Shown here piece after piece: positions 1 through 13,368 of a stretch of 64,000 nucleotides of DNA. The first letter of the stretch is position 1, and every line of letters starts with the position of its first letter. The DNA is taken from NCBI GenBank assembly GCA_010405405.1, contig MU004234.1, positions 1,701,275-1,765,274 on the forward strand, in the 5' to 3' direction. Origin of the DNA: Microthyrium microscopicum. Taxonomy: Eukaryota. The position numbers and the translations under genes are program-made. A model generated the notes under the pieces. That model searched no databases. It was not told the DNA's origin and worked only from the letters and a program-made list of their open reading frames with translations.

Positions 1-445
1 TTGATTCGCCCGTTTTCAAGGCGTCCAGTACGTGAATTGTGTGATCGTGCAGAAAGCAGACTACGCCTTGATTGTACACGAACATTTCTGCGGATCCGAG
101 AGAAACGGCTATGCGTGGTATCCCTCGTTTTAGTGCCGCCCTGCGCCTGTAGATTCGTCGTACGACTTGTTGATAGTCCATTTCGCCATCTGGTGTGTCT
201 TCCATCGCTCGCCTTGTCTCTAGGGCATTCAAGGCGGTCTTCTGCTTGACCTTTAGTATATTTTGCTGGCAAGGCAGAGTTTTCTCATTTATTTCTCTTA
301 CCTGGAGAATGTGGCGATTGAGAGTCCTGTCTGCACAAAGGGCCCGGAAGGCGCGGCATGTTGCTCCTAGGCTTACTAGATCTGATATGTCTAGACACAG
401 TCCTATATTGCATAGTACCTCAACTGGGAGGTATACAATTATCAT
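1..445 (-). CDS. F-box domain protein, 5' part; runs off the window edge (not in the supplied ORF track)
   Basis: Manual translation: exon 1 (445-302) gives MIIVYLPVEVLCNIGLCLDISDLVSLGATCRAFRAL, an F-box pattern LPxExLxxIxxxLDxxDLxxLxxTCR. A GTAAGA donor at 301 starts a roughly 50-60 nt intron. The frame then stays open (...YQQVVRRIYRRRAALKRGIPRIAVSLGSAEMFVYNQGVVCFLHDHTIHVLD) to position 1. Confidence 0.75.
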   Translation of the reverse strand, partial: MIIVYLPVEVLCNIGLCLDISDLVSLGATCRAFRALCADRTLNRHILQVREINEKTLPCQQNILKVKQKTALNALETRRAMEDTPDGEMDYQQVVRRIYRRRAALKRGIPRIAVSLGSAEMFVYNQGVVCFLHDHTIHVLDALKTGES

Positions 446-3400
446 GGAGCTAAGTTCCTGACGTGTTCAGAAAGAAGAATGAAAGTAAAGAAGAATCAGA
501 TAGCCGGGGGCTTCCAAAAATATCATCAGGCTGAAGTTTATTGTTTCTGTGGGGGCCGTCATGCTCACTCCTTGTGCTCTTTATGTCAAAAGATGCAGAG
601 CCTCCTCTTTGGCATCTTAGTGGTAATGGTAAAGAATCTCTCCTTCGGTCAGGCTGAGCCAAATCTGGTGATAGCTGGTCCACGAAGAAAAGGCGGACTG
701 TTGCCCCATCCATGTTACAATGCCGGCTATTAGGCTCGAGGTAGCGCAGCTTTGCATTGGCTCTGAAGAAGTTTTAGGCCAAACGCGACTGTTGGCATTA
801 CAAGCGTGGCAGTTGGAGTGGTGTCGTGTTGTTGTGCGGCTCGAGCATCATTGAGCTACCCAGCCATGGACCATTATGAACGCTGGTTCAATGTGAACAC
901 ATGTCGTACAACCTTTCCGTTAAGGTGCATGGCCTTACGGAGCTAGAGGCTATTCTTGTAAAAGCACATGTGCATGTCATGCTGCTCATGCATGAGGCTG
1001 AGGCTCAAAGGAAAAAGGATTTTTCCTTGAGCTGGTTTCACTGAAACCGGCCCGAAGTGCTCGAGCAGTACATACAGATACTTCTAGCCCAGTATGTAGT
1101 TTGAGGTGCAAATATCGCACATATCTTCCCCTCGTTGTGTCCAGATTTGATGACGATACTGCTTGTGGGCTAAAATCTAAATCATATGGATTGGCGGGCG
1201 ACAACCCGTGCCAATCACGGCCCGAATCTACATGAGGCGGGACACAGCCAGCCTTTACTTCAACAGTACAGTAAGATGTGCTGCAATAGGTAAAGTGACT
1301 TGGTGTATCGTTCAGGACTGGACGTGATAGGAGTTTGGGAGAGCAGGGAGTTGGAGATATCCACTTAATCCGGACTAGTGCGGCTCTGCGATACGTACTA
1401 GAGGAAACGTTCGCGCCGCTCAGGACCCGGCCGATTCAACTTCTTTCATGTAAAGGACTACAGTACAACCTCGCTCATGTGAGCATCAAATCACGATCAT
1501 ATCGCTCCTTAGCCCTTCTATCTCCATCAAATCCTGCAAGAGTGTTACTGTCTCCCTGCATGTAGGTCACGACGCATGAACGCGTGCCCATGGTATCATA
1601 CATAATTACGGCCAACTTCGACAAGGCAGACTCTGGGTATCGCTGGCCCGAGGCGCACGGTAATCTACAAGGTTCTGGTCAACAGTTGGAGCTTGTGGGC
1701 AAGCTCCGACGTTGGTAGCGCAGAGCCTCAACTTCCACGCTTGCGTTGACGCCCTTCGTACTGATTGCCACTTCCTCGCTGATATCTTCGAACTAAAGCT
1801 TCGTCGCGGTCAAGTCTCGGACTTTCCTTGGCCTTATCCTGCGGCCTTCTGCCGGCAAATAGACAACAAATGAGACCGGCATACTAAGCGCGTACAATCA
1901 GATATCAATCCGATCCGCACCGACGTCGGGGAATGCCAACTTATTCCTCGTAGTCAAAGACTTGCAGATCTTGATGTTGTCACCGTCAGTCGTCCTACAG
2001 TCGGTTCAGAGCTTTCGATTGTGTGCTACCTCGAGATATAGGCGCCATGATCTGCCTTCACTGACACATGTGCTGTGCTATCCTATACCTTGCAATGGGC
2101 TGACAGTTCATTTGCGCGGGAATTTACTTCCGAAAACCCGACTGTACTGGGACACGATATTCCTAGGAATTCGGCCTTCTCTGTATGCATCCACCAAAGT
2201 GGGTGTGAGCTATCCACCAGGTAGTGAAAGACTGACTAGCAATCGAGCTGCCGAGCTAGAAAACTAGCCGAATAACATGCTTGACCAGGTTTATATACTG
2301 AGGGGCAAAGACAATGCCGGTAAGTTGTGTTCCAGTCCAGGGACCTTGTGATTTGATGGGCGTATTGGTGTAGGGAAGTAATGATTGATCGCGCTGCCAA
2401 CCTATTCCCAAGAACTCCGTCTATAGTGTGTGGTGTTGCAAGTATCAATAATCGCTTGACTGAGGCCTTCTCCTACTCCTAAAATGGAACCTAACAGCTC
2501 AGGAGTCGGGTAATGATAGCTCGGCTTAAGCCGAAAATTAAGCAAGCACAAAACATATAGAAAAGGAAAAAAGAGACATCCAGTCGCAGCATGCCGAATA
2601 TGAGCTGATGGTCTAGAACTTCACTAGATCAAAGAAGAGCTACTGGTAGTATGATCAATCAAATTATGCTGTCCCTATACCATGTTGATTGCAATAATAT
2701 TCGGTCTGTAAGATTCTTATGTGTCTACTTCAACTTCGAATAGAATTTTCACTGTCATACAAAGCAGTGTTATGTTACTTGTCTGTCAAAGGTCAACTAT
2801 CCTTGATATCGATCAAGTATCAACAATGCATAGCCTCAATAAAGCTCCTCCTGCGCAAGCATATCTAGCTTGAGTATCTACGATTTAAAGTCCCGAGGAG
2901 AACTTATTCTCCAATGCCACATAGAGGGGCTCGATTGACGCATAGTGTATGTATGCATCATCACCCCAGTCTTCGCTGCTTTTAGAGCCGCGTTCTGATT
3001 AGCGTGCTACAGCCTGATGAGAACCAAGGTACATTGCGTCTCTATTATGCGCTAGAAGCTTCGCATACAAGACAGACCACCCTAAAAGCCAATTGAAAGT
3101 CAAAAAAGGCGAGAACAGGTCCGATTTCTGCCGCCTCGCTTCTAGACTATATTCTAAAGCCTTGAATCGAAGCATTCATGCGCAACTCTCCTGTTATGTC
3201 CAGGGATAACCAACATCTTACAGGTACCAAGGTTCCTGTTGAGGTTGCCGTGCATGCATCTCCTTGATTCTACCAGTAAGAAGGTATCAGTGTCGACTCG
3301 GGGTAGGCTGAGTTTTGACATGCGTCGGCCTCCGTCATTCAATCACACCGAGCATTGTATCAAATGGAATGCCTCACTTTGTGTTTCGCTGAGAGTGCGC

Positions 3401-4919
3401 CAACTCACCATCTCAAATTTTCTCAAGATAAGAGATGTTAGCTTTTGATATCTTGAATAATATGACTTTATAGGCTTATTGAGAGCCGAAGCATGAATGC
3501 TGCAGTAGAAATCAATAGAGACCTTGATTTTATACAGGATTCAAATCCGTTTTCATCAATGCGTGCATCAAATATACCAAAAGGATGATTTCAAAGACTC
3601 GAACCCCTGAAAGTCTCTCCTGGTACTGTGCGATTGATATCTACCGTCCTTTACATCCATGTACCTATCAAAAATATGCAACTTGATCGATTTATGTTGA
3701 ACAAGAGAGATCACCGTCTTGGATCGGTCTTCTGCCTTTAGGGACTGGAAGAGTCATGGATTCGTAGCCAAAGCCAGGACAATAAATTCGGCATTTGCAA
3801 TGCCAACAGATCTAATTTTGTCGACGGATACAAGGAGAAGCTGCAGAGCATGCTGCATGTCGATTGTCATTGTCAACTAGATTACCTCGAGCCTACTTGG
3901 TTACTTGGCAGCTTTCATATGCGCTGTATGGCTTTAGAATTTCATACACAAACTGTTTACTGAGGCTAAAATCATGTAGACGACATTGCATCTCGCGGCG
4001 CGATAAGTGGCGATTGAAATATCAATCATACATGACGGCCAATCCATCTTCCTTGTTGTGTCTTTGGATGCTACAGAGGCCCTTAAAATATGCAGATGAT
4101 GACGAGATTCAGCGCTGAAGGCTGAAGGTCGTATATGTGACAGGTATGGCTTTTAATCAGGGATATCTCAAGATCTAAGACTCGGAGGAGATTAGAGCTA
4201 CGAAGTTCAAATTGGGAGTCGATCTGCCTGTATCTGAAATTCATCACTACCTAAGTGCTTCTCTTTTGGTACGCTATGAATGTGTGAACCAACAAATTGC
4301 ACCTTCTCCACAAAGAAATGAACCCAAGTAGACGTATGCAACCTTGGAAGAGGTTGTGAATTAGTATCAGCCAAATGTTCAGTACCAATCAGTTATCTGC
4401 AAGTTTCGGTACTTCTCTGATTTTCGGTAGGAACAGATTTTGAACAAACGAGTCTTTAAGAATGCATTCGCTGCCTGTGTGCTCAACATCATCACATCAC
4501 GGGCACTGTAGCCGTAGTCGGTAATTATATTCACCTCAAATACTCTCATTGAATCCAACGACTTATCTAGAGTATCTAAATGTGATCCTACTAATATGCC
4601 TGTGTTGGTGAGCTACGTGATATGTACTATGGTTAACATCAAGCACGGTACCAATCTTTGAATAATGAGTCCACAGCTCATATAAATCTAAGATGGCTCC
4701 AAGTATGGAACCATTTCTTCAGCAGAACGCAAATCAACACCGCCTTCGTCCCAACTAACCACAGTGACGGTGTTATAGTATCACACCATTTGGACATATT
4801 CGCCTTCACAATAGCAAAGGTTGATCCCGCCAATCTCTGGTCAAACGTTCGACACAAGAATAATACCTCTTGTTCGCTACCTCGTTGAGTGGCCAGGCCT
4901 GTTCATTATCGCTAGAGAT

Positions 4920-6296
4920 ATGAACTCGCTTCCTCAAGAAATCATCGACAGGATAGCCATTTTCGTGGAGGCTCCGACCTACGACGACAACAGTACATCC
5001 TGGCATCCCAATGGCGACCAAGAATCCAGAGCTCGACTTGCAAATCTACGTTTAGTCAACTATAGATTCTGCCAGGGAGCCGCCATCCGTCTCTATCGTG
5101 TCGTTCACATGCATGATCGTCGCCCCAAGCGGCTTGAGGAATTGTGTGGAAGCAGATACAAGAGCAACGTCAAACAAATATGCCTCCGGTTTTGCTTCTC
5201 TAACTGGACACCAGACATATTGGGAAGTACGAGAAAACTATTATGCTCGTTGTCTACAATCCCGTCAATCACTGCACTATACATCACAATTTTTACGCGG
5301 CGTCTCACCTGGGGCTGGCCGTATAATGAAGCAGAAGACATGAGGATGAGCGCAGCATTGACGACGATCTTCGAACAGTTTTCTTCAGGCCAACTAAAGA
5401 AGGTCTGTTTGCGTTTGCCAGGCGTGGCTGAAGTACCCTGGGAAGGAGGTCCATCGATTCTGGTGGCAGTGTTTGGAAAGCTTCGGTCCTTGAATCTTCA
5501 GATTTGTCCTCACGAGCGAGGATTTATTACTACCAACAAGCCAGTTGGATTTGAATGGATTGGTCTGGCTAGGAATCTGGAGTCTCTCCGACTACAATCA
5601 ACAGCGGGATCATCCTGGACAGACATGAAATATCTTGACACCAAGCACCTATGCCGCCTGCACACGATAGAGTTAGTCAACATGAAGGTGACTGAAGCTC
5701 AACTGACGGGAATCATCGTTAAGCAAAACCAATACACTCTCAAGGATATCACTCTTGCTGAGATGGCATTAACACACGGATCATGGAAAACACTTTGTCT
5801 GGCAATGTGTAAACTACCCAATCTCATCGAAATGGATTTCCATGACAACGGGTACTTCACCTCGGAACATCTATTCAGATTTGCCATGTACCGCAAAACA
5901 GACGACGAGGAAAACAATTTTTTTCGCAGACACCACGACCACGACATGGATTACGAATTTACCTACGACGATGACTATGAAGACGATTGTGCTCTCGGCG
6001 ATCTTCAACGACATGTCAATGCTAACCGGCGGAGAAACAATCTTCTGCAATACAGGAAGGAGAGATACCGGTTTGTGAAAGAAGTGCCGTTCAAGTTGTT
6101 ACTGCCGGAGGATTATACCCTCACCGACGAAAATGCGGAAAAGGAGCTGGCATATGCTGAATATATTAAGAACGAAGACACTGAGGAGCTTGAGGGCTAT
6201 ACTACTTTGTCTGACGAAAGACCAATAGTCCTGCTGGACGCTCCTAAGTATCTGGATTATATAAAGGATGCGGCGTTGGGTCATGAAAATGAATGA
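4920..6296 (+). CDS. F-box-like / LRR(RNI)-like protein
   Basis: Single ORF from ATG 4920. N-terminal MNSLPQEIIDRIAIFV...LANLRLVNYRF is F-box-like, followed by leucine-rich repeats (LRSLNLQ, LESLRLQ, LHTIELV, LKDITLA, LIEMDFH) and an acidic tail. Confidence 0.75.
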   Translation: MNSLPQEIIDRIAIFVEAPTYDDNSTSWHPNGDQESRARLANLRLVNYRFCQGAAIRLYRVVHMHDRRPKRLEELCGSRYKSNVKQICLRFCFSNWTPDILGSTRKLLCSLSTIPSITALYITIFTRRLTWGWPYNEAEDMRMSAALTTIFEQFSSGQLKKVCLRLPGVAEVPWEGGPSILVAVFGKLRSLNLQICPHERGFITTNKPVGFEWIGLARNLESLRLQSTAGSSWTDMKYLDTKHLCRLHTIELVNMKVTEAQLTGIIVKQNQYTLKDITLAEMALTHGSWKTLCLAMCKLPNLIEMDFHDNGYFTSEHLFRFAMYRKTDDEENNFFRRHHDHDMDYEFTYDDDYEDDCALGDLQRHVNANRRRNNLLQYRKERYRFVKEVPFKLLLPEDYTLTDENAEKELAYAEYIKNEDTEELEGYTTLSDERPIVLLDAPKYLDYIKDAALGHENE

Positions 6297-7018
6297 CTTA
6301 TTGTTCATCTAGAGCGCTGTTCTCTTCTTGACTCTGCTATTGGCTATCAATTGTACATCATGAGAACGTATAGGAATGCACGGCACTGGAAGCATGGTTG
6401 TCCCCCTGACCACGTTCAATTGTCATGAACATGCCATGAGGCTCAGAAAATTGGGCGGACTTAGGAAAATGGTAGAATAAAAATGGAGTCAACTAAGATT
6501 AGGATCGCTCGTGCTTCAGGGTGATGTGGCAGCCATGTTCATGAGGCTGAATGCGGTGATCGAATGCCTGTACGAACTATTCATTCAGCGAACATAAAAT
6601 ATGCAGCTCGTTGGCCGAAGAGCTAGGATGTTATTATCATTGAGAATGTTCATTGGTATCTATATCGTATCATTAAAAGGCCACGACTGACCAGCTGACC
6701 AGCTAATGCTGCAAGACTCACCCAGGATGAGAGAGCCTGCATCAGCCTTACGAGATGTGGACAAGTATACACACGAGTCAGATGGCCCACTTGCATATAT
6801 TGAGGCCCTCGCTTCTCACCGAGCTTCTAACGTATACTTTGTGCTTCTTCAGCCTGATGCATAAGTTATCACACTTCTCAGTACGCCAATGTGGACCCCA
6901 ACCATCTATCACTTGCTTCGCCTGCCTGGCGTTCTTTGCATAGACTGTGGTCTAGAACACGATAGGAATGTAGCACGACTAAACATGATCGTACATCACC
7001 CTGCTTTTCTTTTTCGTC

Positions 7019-9644
7019 TCAGCACACGAAATCATCCAGATCCGATAGGTCATCGAATAATGCGTCGTCCGGATCCGGTATCGAGCGTGCGCTCGGCTTT
7101 TTAATCGTCACTTCTGGTTTGGGGTATGCACCAGGCACTGCTTGACCAGTTTGTGTCGCTGTCAGCGGTTCAGCAGTAGCAGCTCTCGCTTCCTCGATAC
7201 TAGAGAGGCTTGCGTAGAAGCGACGCACCGAGTCATGAGCCATAACTTTTGCTGGATCAAACCCGATAACTTGGAGGCCAGCCATGGTTGTAGCGCGACT
7301 GAGGGCAACATAGGCCTGCCCACGTTCAAAGGCACGAGAGAGATTGACTTTGACTCGCTCCAACGTTTGGCCTTGAGCTTTGTGGATAGAGAGAGCCCAA
7401 GCAAGAATCAGAGGGATTTGTGATCGAGATGCTTGAACTTCACCATTGGGAAGCTCAACGGACCATTGCTCACGATGACAGAGAAGATCGCGAGTTGTAC
7501 CATCAGCGATAGCAAAGCGTACGACAGGAAATCGGCTTGAAGCTCCAGTGCCAGCGAGGTCCACGATAGTCTTTCCTGGCTTTTGCTGAGGAGCAAAATC
7601 GGCAGGAACTTGTGAGGCCAAGTAGGCTTCGTCGTCATCGTGATAGTTGGCCCATTCCGATTCTGACATAAAACCGATGACCTTTCCTAGACTGCCGTTG
7701 ACAAGCGTTTCGTCCATGTTCTTGATGAGCATGACCTGTGCACCTTTCTTGAGTGTAATGCGTTCGGGTGCCATAACGTTGGATAGTAGCTTATCGCGGA
7801 ATTGTTTCTCAGTAATGGTGCCACCATCTCTAGCCTCAAACACACGGCTATCTCCAGAGAGACTAGTCAGACGTTGTTGATTGGCAACATCGACTTCGCG
7901 GCGGGTCGCAAATAGTTCAGTGGCGTCGATATCGTCTGTAAATGTCAGGTCGCGATTGAGGGCCTTGAATTTGGCAATGGATCGTGAATCAAGGCGGCCT
8001 TCTCGCATTTGGTTAAGCATGCCAGCAAATTCTAGGGGCGGGTTAGCAGCAAGATCAGCGAGAGCTCCGTTCACACTTACCAGGATCTTTCTGTCTGAAG
8101 ACTTTATGCAGGGCAATTGTGTTGTGGATGGAAGTATTCCAGCTGTTGGCGTTGAACGCGAACTTTGCTTGTTTTCCACCTTCAGGTACTGGAGGAAGCT
8201 GAAAGAAATCACCGGTTATGATGAGCTGAATGCCACCAAAGGCTCGACCGTTGTTTTTCATGGTTCGAGCAATAGCTTCGAGTTTGTCAAAGAGATCGCC
8301 ATCCACCATAGATACTTCATCGATAATGAGGACTTTGGTTCGCATCCACCTATGTCGAGCTTTCTGATTCTTCTTGATCTTTTTCACCAGCTCAGGTGCA
8401 GGCTGGTTACCAAGTCCAATTCCAGAAAAAGAATGAAGTGTAATGCCTCCAATGTTACACGCTGCAAGTCCAGTAGATGCTGTGATGGCAACGCGATCGG
8501 CCTCCTTCTTGTACTTAGTGCGGAGAGCGGCAATAATCTCACGAAGTAAAACGGATTTTCCAGTACCAGCAGATCCAGTGAAGAAAACACTCTTACCCTC
8601 ATCAACAACCAGATTGAGAACCGCTTGTTGCTCATCACTGAGAAAGATACGATGGACACGAGCCTTCTTTTTATTTTCAAGCGCAATAGCAGCACTGCCC
8701 TCAGTCTCTGTGGTTTTGATTCGCTTTTTGTTTTGCTCCCGGATTGAGTTTTTCTGTTTCTTCAAACCGCTCGCACTCAAGTCCCATTCATGGACTTTTC
8801 GAGGTGCGGGTGTCGCGAACTTAGCTGCGGCTCTCGTTGCGGCTGAAGACGCAGCTGTTGACGCGCTTCTGGACGAAGCACTGAGCTCTTGCTTCGATTG
8901 CTCTTCAAGCCACGGTAGATGTCTTCTCTTAGCGGGACGCTCGTTGACATCTTTCTTTTCCTTCGGAGTTTGTGGTACTGCGCTAGCACCATTCTGGCCC
9001 TGGTAGCGGTATGAGTTGATAGCAGGATGGGAGTTAAGTGACTGATAATGATCCAAGGGTGAAGAAGACCATGGAATGGGATCAGATTTATCTCTAGGTG
9101 ATATCTTATGCTGACTCTTCGGTAGAAGATGCGAGAGATCTGGGTAACTGACTGGATCTTTGGCCGTTATCTGCTCAACATCAAGGTCATAGTCGTCATC
9201 GAAATCGTTCTCATTGAAAGCATAATCGTCGGTATGTTTGGCTATGGAAGGATTTCTAGATGTTGCGGTTGTTGAAGTGGGAACAGAGGGATAAAAGCCA
9301 TCTTCGAAACCACCGGATGTTGACAAAGCCTTGGCTAGGCCACTTGAGTTGCGCTTCAGACTTGATCTCGACGTTGGGAGCGTGGTAGCAGCTGGGCGCT
9401 TGGAAGAATTGCCAGTGACGGGGTTGAGAGGTTGGGCCGGCTTGGTCACGAAGTTGTTAAGTTGTGACGATAGCTTGCCACCTGCTGGTGATGCCTTCTC
9501 AGCTGCTCGGTGGAACATGGTTGATCGACGAGAGGAGGAATACGAGTAGCGAAGAGGGGAAAAGCGCGTAGCGTGGAATGCTGGACGTGGTGCGAGTCCT
9601 ATCAGCCGGAGGACTGGCAAGCTCCAAGAAGGACGCAGGAGCAT
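7019..9644 (-). CDS. PIF1: PIF1-family ATP-dependent 5'-3' DNA helicase (2 exons; intron 8032-8080)
   Basis: Motifs [63 protein letters not shown] and [17 protein letters not shown]...GCTAAC...TAG intron joins the two ORFs in frame. Confidence 0.95.
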
Positions 9645-10903
9645 GCAGCAAAGAGCGATAGCGACAGCAAAAGTGATCAGATGGGAGAAAGAGAAAAAGA
9701 AACAATTGGTATCGCAGTCACAATTCATGGGCATCAAGCTCCATTGACGGACATTTAGTGGGAGATGTGGATAGATTATTTTGAGGAGTTGTAGTTGTTG
9801 GGAGATAGACCAGACGCGTCGCGCGGTCACGGGAAAGCCATTAAAGTGACTAAGCTACTTTTGCACTAGCGTACAGAGCTCTCTCTGGCCCTTTTCAAAT
9901 ACTTTCTCTCTAAATCTTCATGGTGTACATTGGAAACGAAAAGAGAGAATGAATTTTGGATCGAAATGACAAAAATAGCAGGAGGCGGAACTACATTGCT
10001 TTCTTGCACAAAGCTCACGGCCTCTGGTGGTACTTCAGCCTGGAATCCCTTCCAACAACTTGAACAAAAGGTATTTTGATCGCGATCACAGAACGGCTCC
10101 AGTGCTGTAAGAGTCACAAATTGGAAAACAATTGGATTCTACTCGATACTGCGTTGCCTCTGCTTCTTTGAATGCACACGGAGTCATGGAGAAAGTGCTG
10201 CGGCGCCATCCTGATATCATGATTCCTTTACAAGAAACAACTTGAAGTTTTATGGTAGACTAACCGGTCTTCCGAAACGGACACCGAATAGACTTACTTC
10301 AGTCCAAGTCAGATACCTGTATCCTCTCTATCTTCCAGGGTGCTCGAGAAGATGGTAGACAATGGTACTTTGCAGTATTTAAATATCTTGAATACCGTAC
10401 TATGACTCCACACTGATCAGCCACGGTCCCTACTTCTACCCCTCCCACTTCATGACTATTACATTGACCACTTCATCATTTATACATCCAACAACATCCT
10501 CATATCAACTGCTTATCTCAGATGCAATAGCTGCTTTATCCTGCCACTTGAGCCAGGCTACACCTTTCCAAACGCAAGCTTGCTCCTCCCAAATCGCCAG
10601 GTTGCGATCCCGCAACTACTCCTTACTTCTGAAGCCATCGCCATAGCCCAATGCATACTTTCGTCTCTACCTTGACTGACAAACACACCGATATCGTCTG
10701 GCCAACCCTCATACCTTTATCCATTACAATATTACGGACCTGATTTGGTAAGAATCCCCTATGTCAAACTACGATTCTTGAGGGGGTCCCGTTGAATTTG
10801 ATGGGTGTTATATGGTTTTACCACGAAAAGACCTACTCGTTTTCCTGCTGCGTGTCGGCTTTGTAGTTGTGATTTCATACTCACATATTTCAGCGTTACC
10901 AAT

Positions 10904-13368
10904 ATGGCACCACGAAACGTTGACTCTACGCCTCAAAATCGTAGAAAAGGTGAAGCTGTAAGTTCAATTGCCACCCCCAGTTCCCGCTTCCACCAGCTTC
11001 GTTGCGTGCCATCCGCCAAGTTGTGTTATGGCATAAGTTATCTCCCATCGAGGTCTTGGAAGGATATGTGAAATATCGAAAACGATGAGAATCAGAAACC
11101 ATGCTCTTTGTAAGCTGCCATGGTAGACATCGCGTTTGACATGAGCATGCCATTTATTTTGTCGATCCGTTGGGAATCTTGGAAATGATGCCAATTATTC
11201 TGCCTGTCAGGATCTTTTATGCTAACGCTGGTACGAATCAGGCTTTGAGCGAATTCGCCGACTTTGTTGAGAGACAGCAAGCTAAACGTCGACCTGTCGG
11301 CCAGACTCAACAACCCATTGAAGATGAGGACCACGACGAGCTTGCCATACTGGACCAGCTTGATTTAGGAGACGATACTCGCGCCATTCGGCTAAAAGAA
11401 GTTCTCACCGATCCAGACCCAAGTACTGTTGAAGACAGCAAAGCTCAGCTCGTAGAGTACATTAAGATTCGGATAGAAGAAGGAAATGGTGAAGCGCTCA
11501 TGGACGTCGGCTTAGAGGAAAATGGCGATTCAATGGGATTTGACCGAAAAACATGGGACCTCGCACTAGAACGCTTAAAGGATGCTGCTCTGCTGCTCAA
11601 GGCCGATTTCAAAGTTCTTCTTACAAGAAATGTAGGTGGAGACGTGGAAGTTGGTTCGCTGAATGAGGCGGACACTGCTTGTTCTGGGAAGATCATATTA
11701 CGACAACGGCCAGCTTCCATCAATGAAGTTATTGAGACGCGAATAGCTGTGGTTGGCAACGGTACTTACCTGCAGGCTTTCCTTCTTGAACTCGTCGCGC
11801 TAACAATATGTAGTGGATGCTGGAAAAAGCACCATGCTCGGGGTTTTGGTCAAAGGAGGTAAGATAAATACCTAGTGCTTGACATTGATACACCAGACAT
11901 CTTGATGACTAACTTCTTTAAGGTCTTGACGACGGAAGGGGAAAAGCTCGTGTCAATTTGTTTCGACATAAACATGAAATTGAGAGCGGACGAACATCCA
12001 GTGTCGGCATGGAAATCATGGGATTCGACACGAAGGGAGAGATTGTCACATCTTCTGTTCCAGGAAGAAAGTTGTCTTGGGAAGAGATCGGCCAGCGATC
12101 TGTAAGTTCACGAGCCTTTTCTCTACAATGTGCTAATAAATTCAGGCAAAAGTGATTTCCTTTACTGATCTCGCTGGCCATGAGAAGTACCTACGCACCA
12201 CTGTCTTTGGTCTTCTATCCTCTGAGCCAAACTACTGCCTTCTCATGGTAGCAGCAAATAATGGACTCATTGGCATGTCCAAAGAGCATCTTGGTATAGC
12301 ATTGGCTCTCAATGTTCCTGTAATGGTAAGCTTTATATCACCATCTCTTCCGTCACCCTCTGGATGCTTCGATCTAATAATTTCCAGGTTGTCATTACAA
12401 AAATCGACATATGTCCACCGCAAATCCTTCAGCAAACTATCACCCAGCTCACAAAGATACTGAAATCCCCTGGCGCGCGCAAAATCCCCGTCTTTATCAA
12501 TGACCGTACATCTTGCGTCAATACCGCCACGCAGTTCGTCTCTCGACGGATATGCCCCATATTCCAGGTCTCCAACGTGACCGGCGAGAATCTTGACCTG
12601 GTCCGCACGTTTCTCAATATCCTACCACATCATGGCAACTACGACGCGACTGCGCCGTTCGAATTTCATGTCAACGACACCTTCTCCGTACCATTTGTTG
12701 GCACCGTCGTTTCAGGCGTTGTACGTTCTGGCCTTGTACACGCCGGTGACTCTGTTCTCATCGGCCCAGACTCAACCGGCGCTTTCACAACCACCAGAAT
12801 ACGCAGCATTGAACGCAAACGCATCAACGTCACAGCCTGCGCAGCCGGACAGTCTGCCAGCTTTGCTCTTCGCAATATCCGCCGACAGGATGTGCGAAAG
12901 GGCATGGTCGTTCTACACAAGCCTGACCCAAAAACAGGTACTGCTGGAGAGAAAGCTGCTGCTGCTGCCGCCGCAGTGCCAAAAGTGTACCGTGAATTCG
13001 TCGCTGAAGTGTTGATCTTGAGCCACGCTACTACAATCAAAACCAAGTACCAGGCAATGCTTCATGTTGGCCCAGTATCTCAAACATGTGGGATTATTGA
13101 CATTGATCGTTCCTTCATTCGAACTGGAGATCGAGCTTTAGTGGCTTTTCAGTTTGTGCAAAGACCAGAGTTCTTGGCAGTTGGTGATCGGATATTGTTC
13201 CGTGAGGGACGTACGAAAGGCTTGGGTATTGTCAAGAGCCTAGGATACGACCCTGCGAAGCCATTGAATCCGGAGCTCGCGAAAGAGCGTACACAGCAGG
13301 CGAATGGTACTGGATCTACCGCTGGTCAGACCCGTCCAAAGGGCAAGTCTGCTAATGCGGGAGCCTGA
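10904..13368 (+). CDS. GTP-binding protein 1/2-like translational GTPase (introns about 10958-11241, 11762-11813, 11859-11921, 12102-12146, 12326-12387)
   Basis: After splicing: RIAVVGNVDAGKST (G1), [30 protein letters not shown] (G3), VITKID (G4) and EF-Tu-like domains II/III ending [10 protein letters not shown]. Canonical splice signals. The first exon [18 protein letters not shown] is inferred. Confidence 0.9.

Noticed and set aside
1560..2010. Minus-strand frame with scattered stops (...FPDVGADRIDI*LYALSMP...RKVRDLTATKL*FEDISEEVA...), faintly like a decayed oxidoreductase
   Set aside because: No diagnostic motif; the resemblance is too weak to call a pseudogene without a translated search.
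7881..9006. Long plus-strand ORFs antisense to PIF1 (similar cases antisense to the HAD gene, katG and the DUF4097-like gene)
   Set aside because: Shadow ORFs explained by the codon bias of the real gene on the opposite strand; no recognisable motifs.
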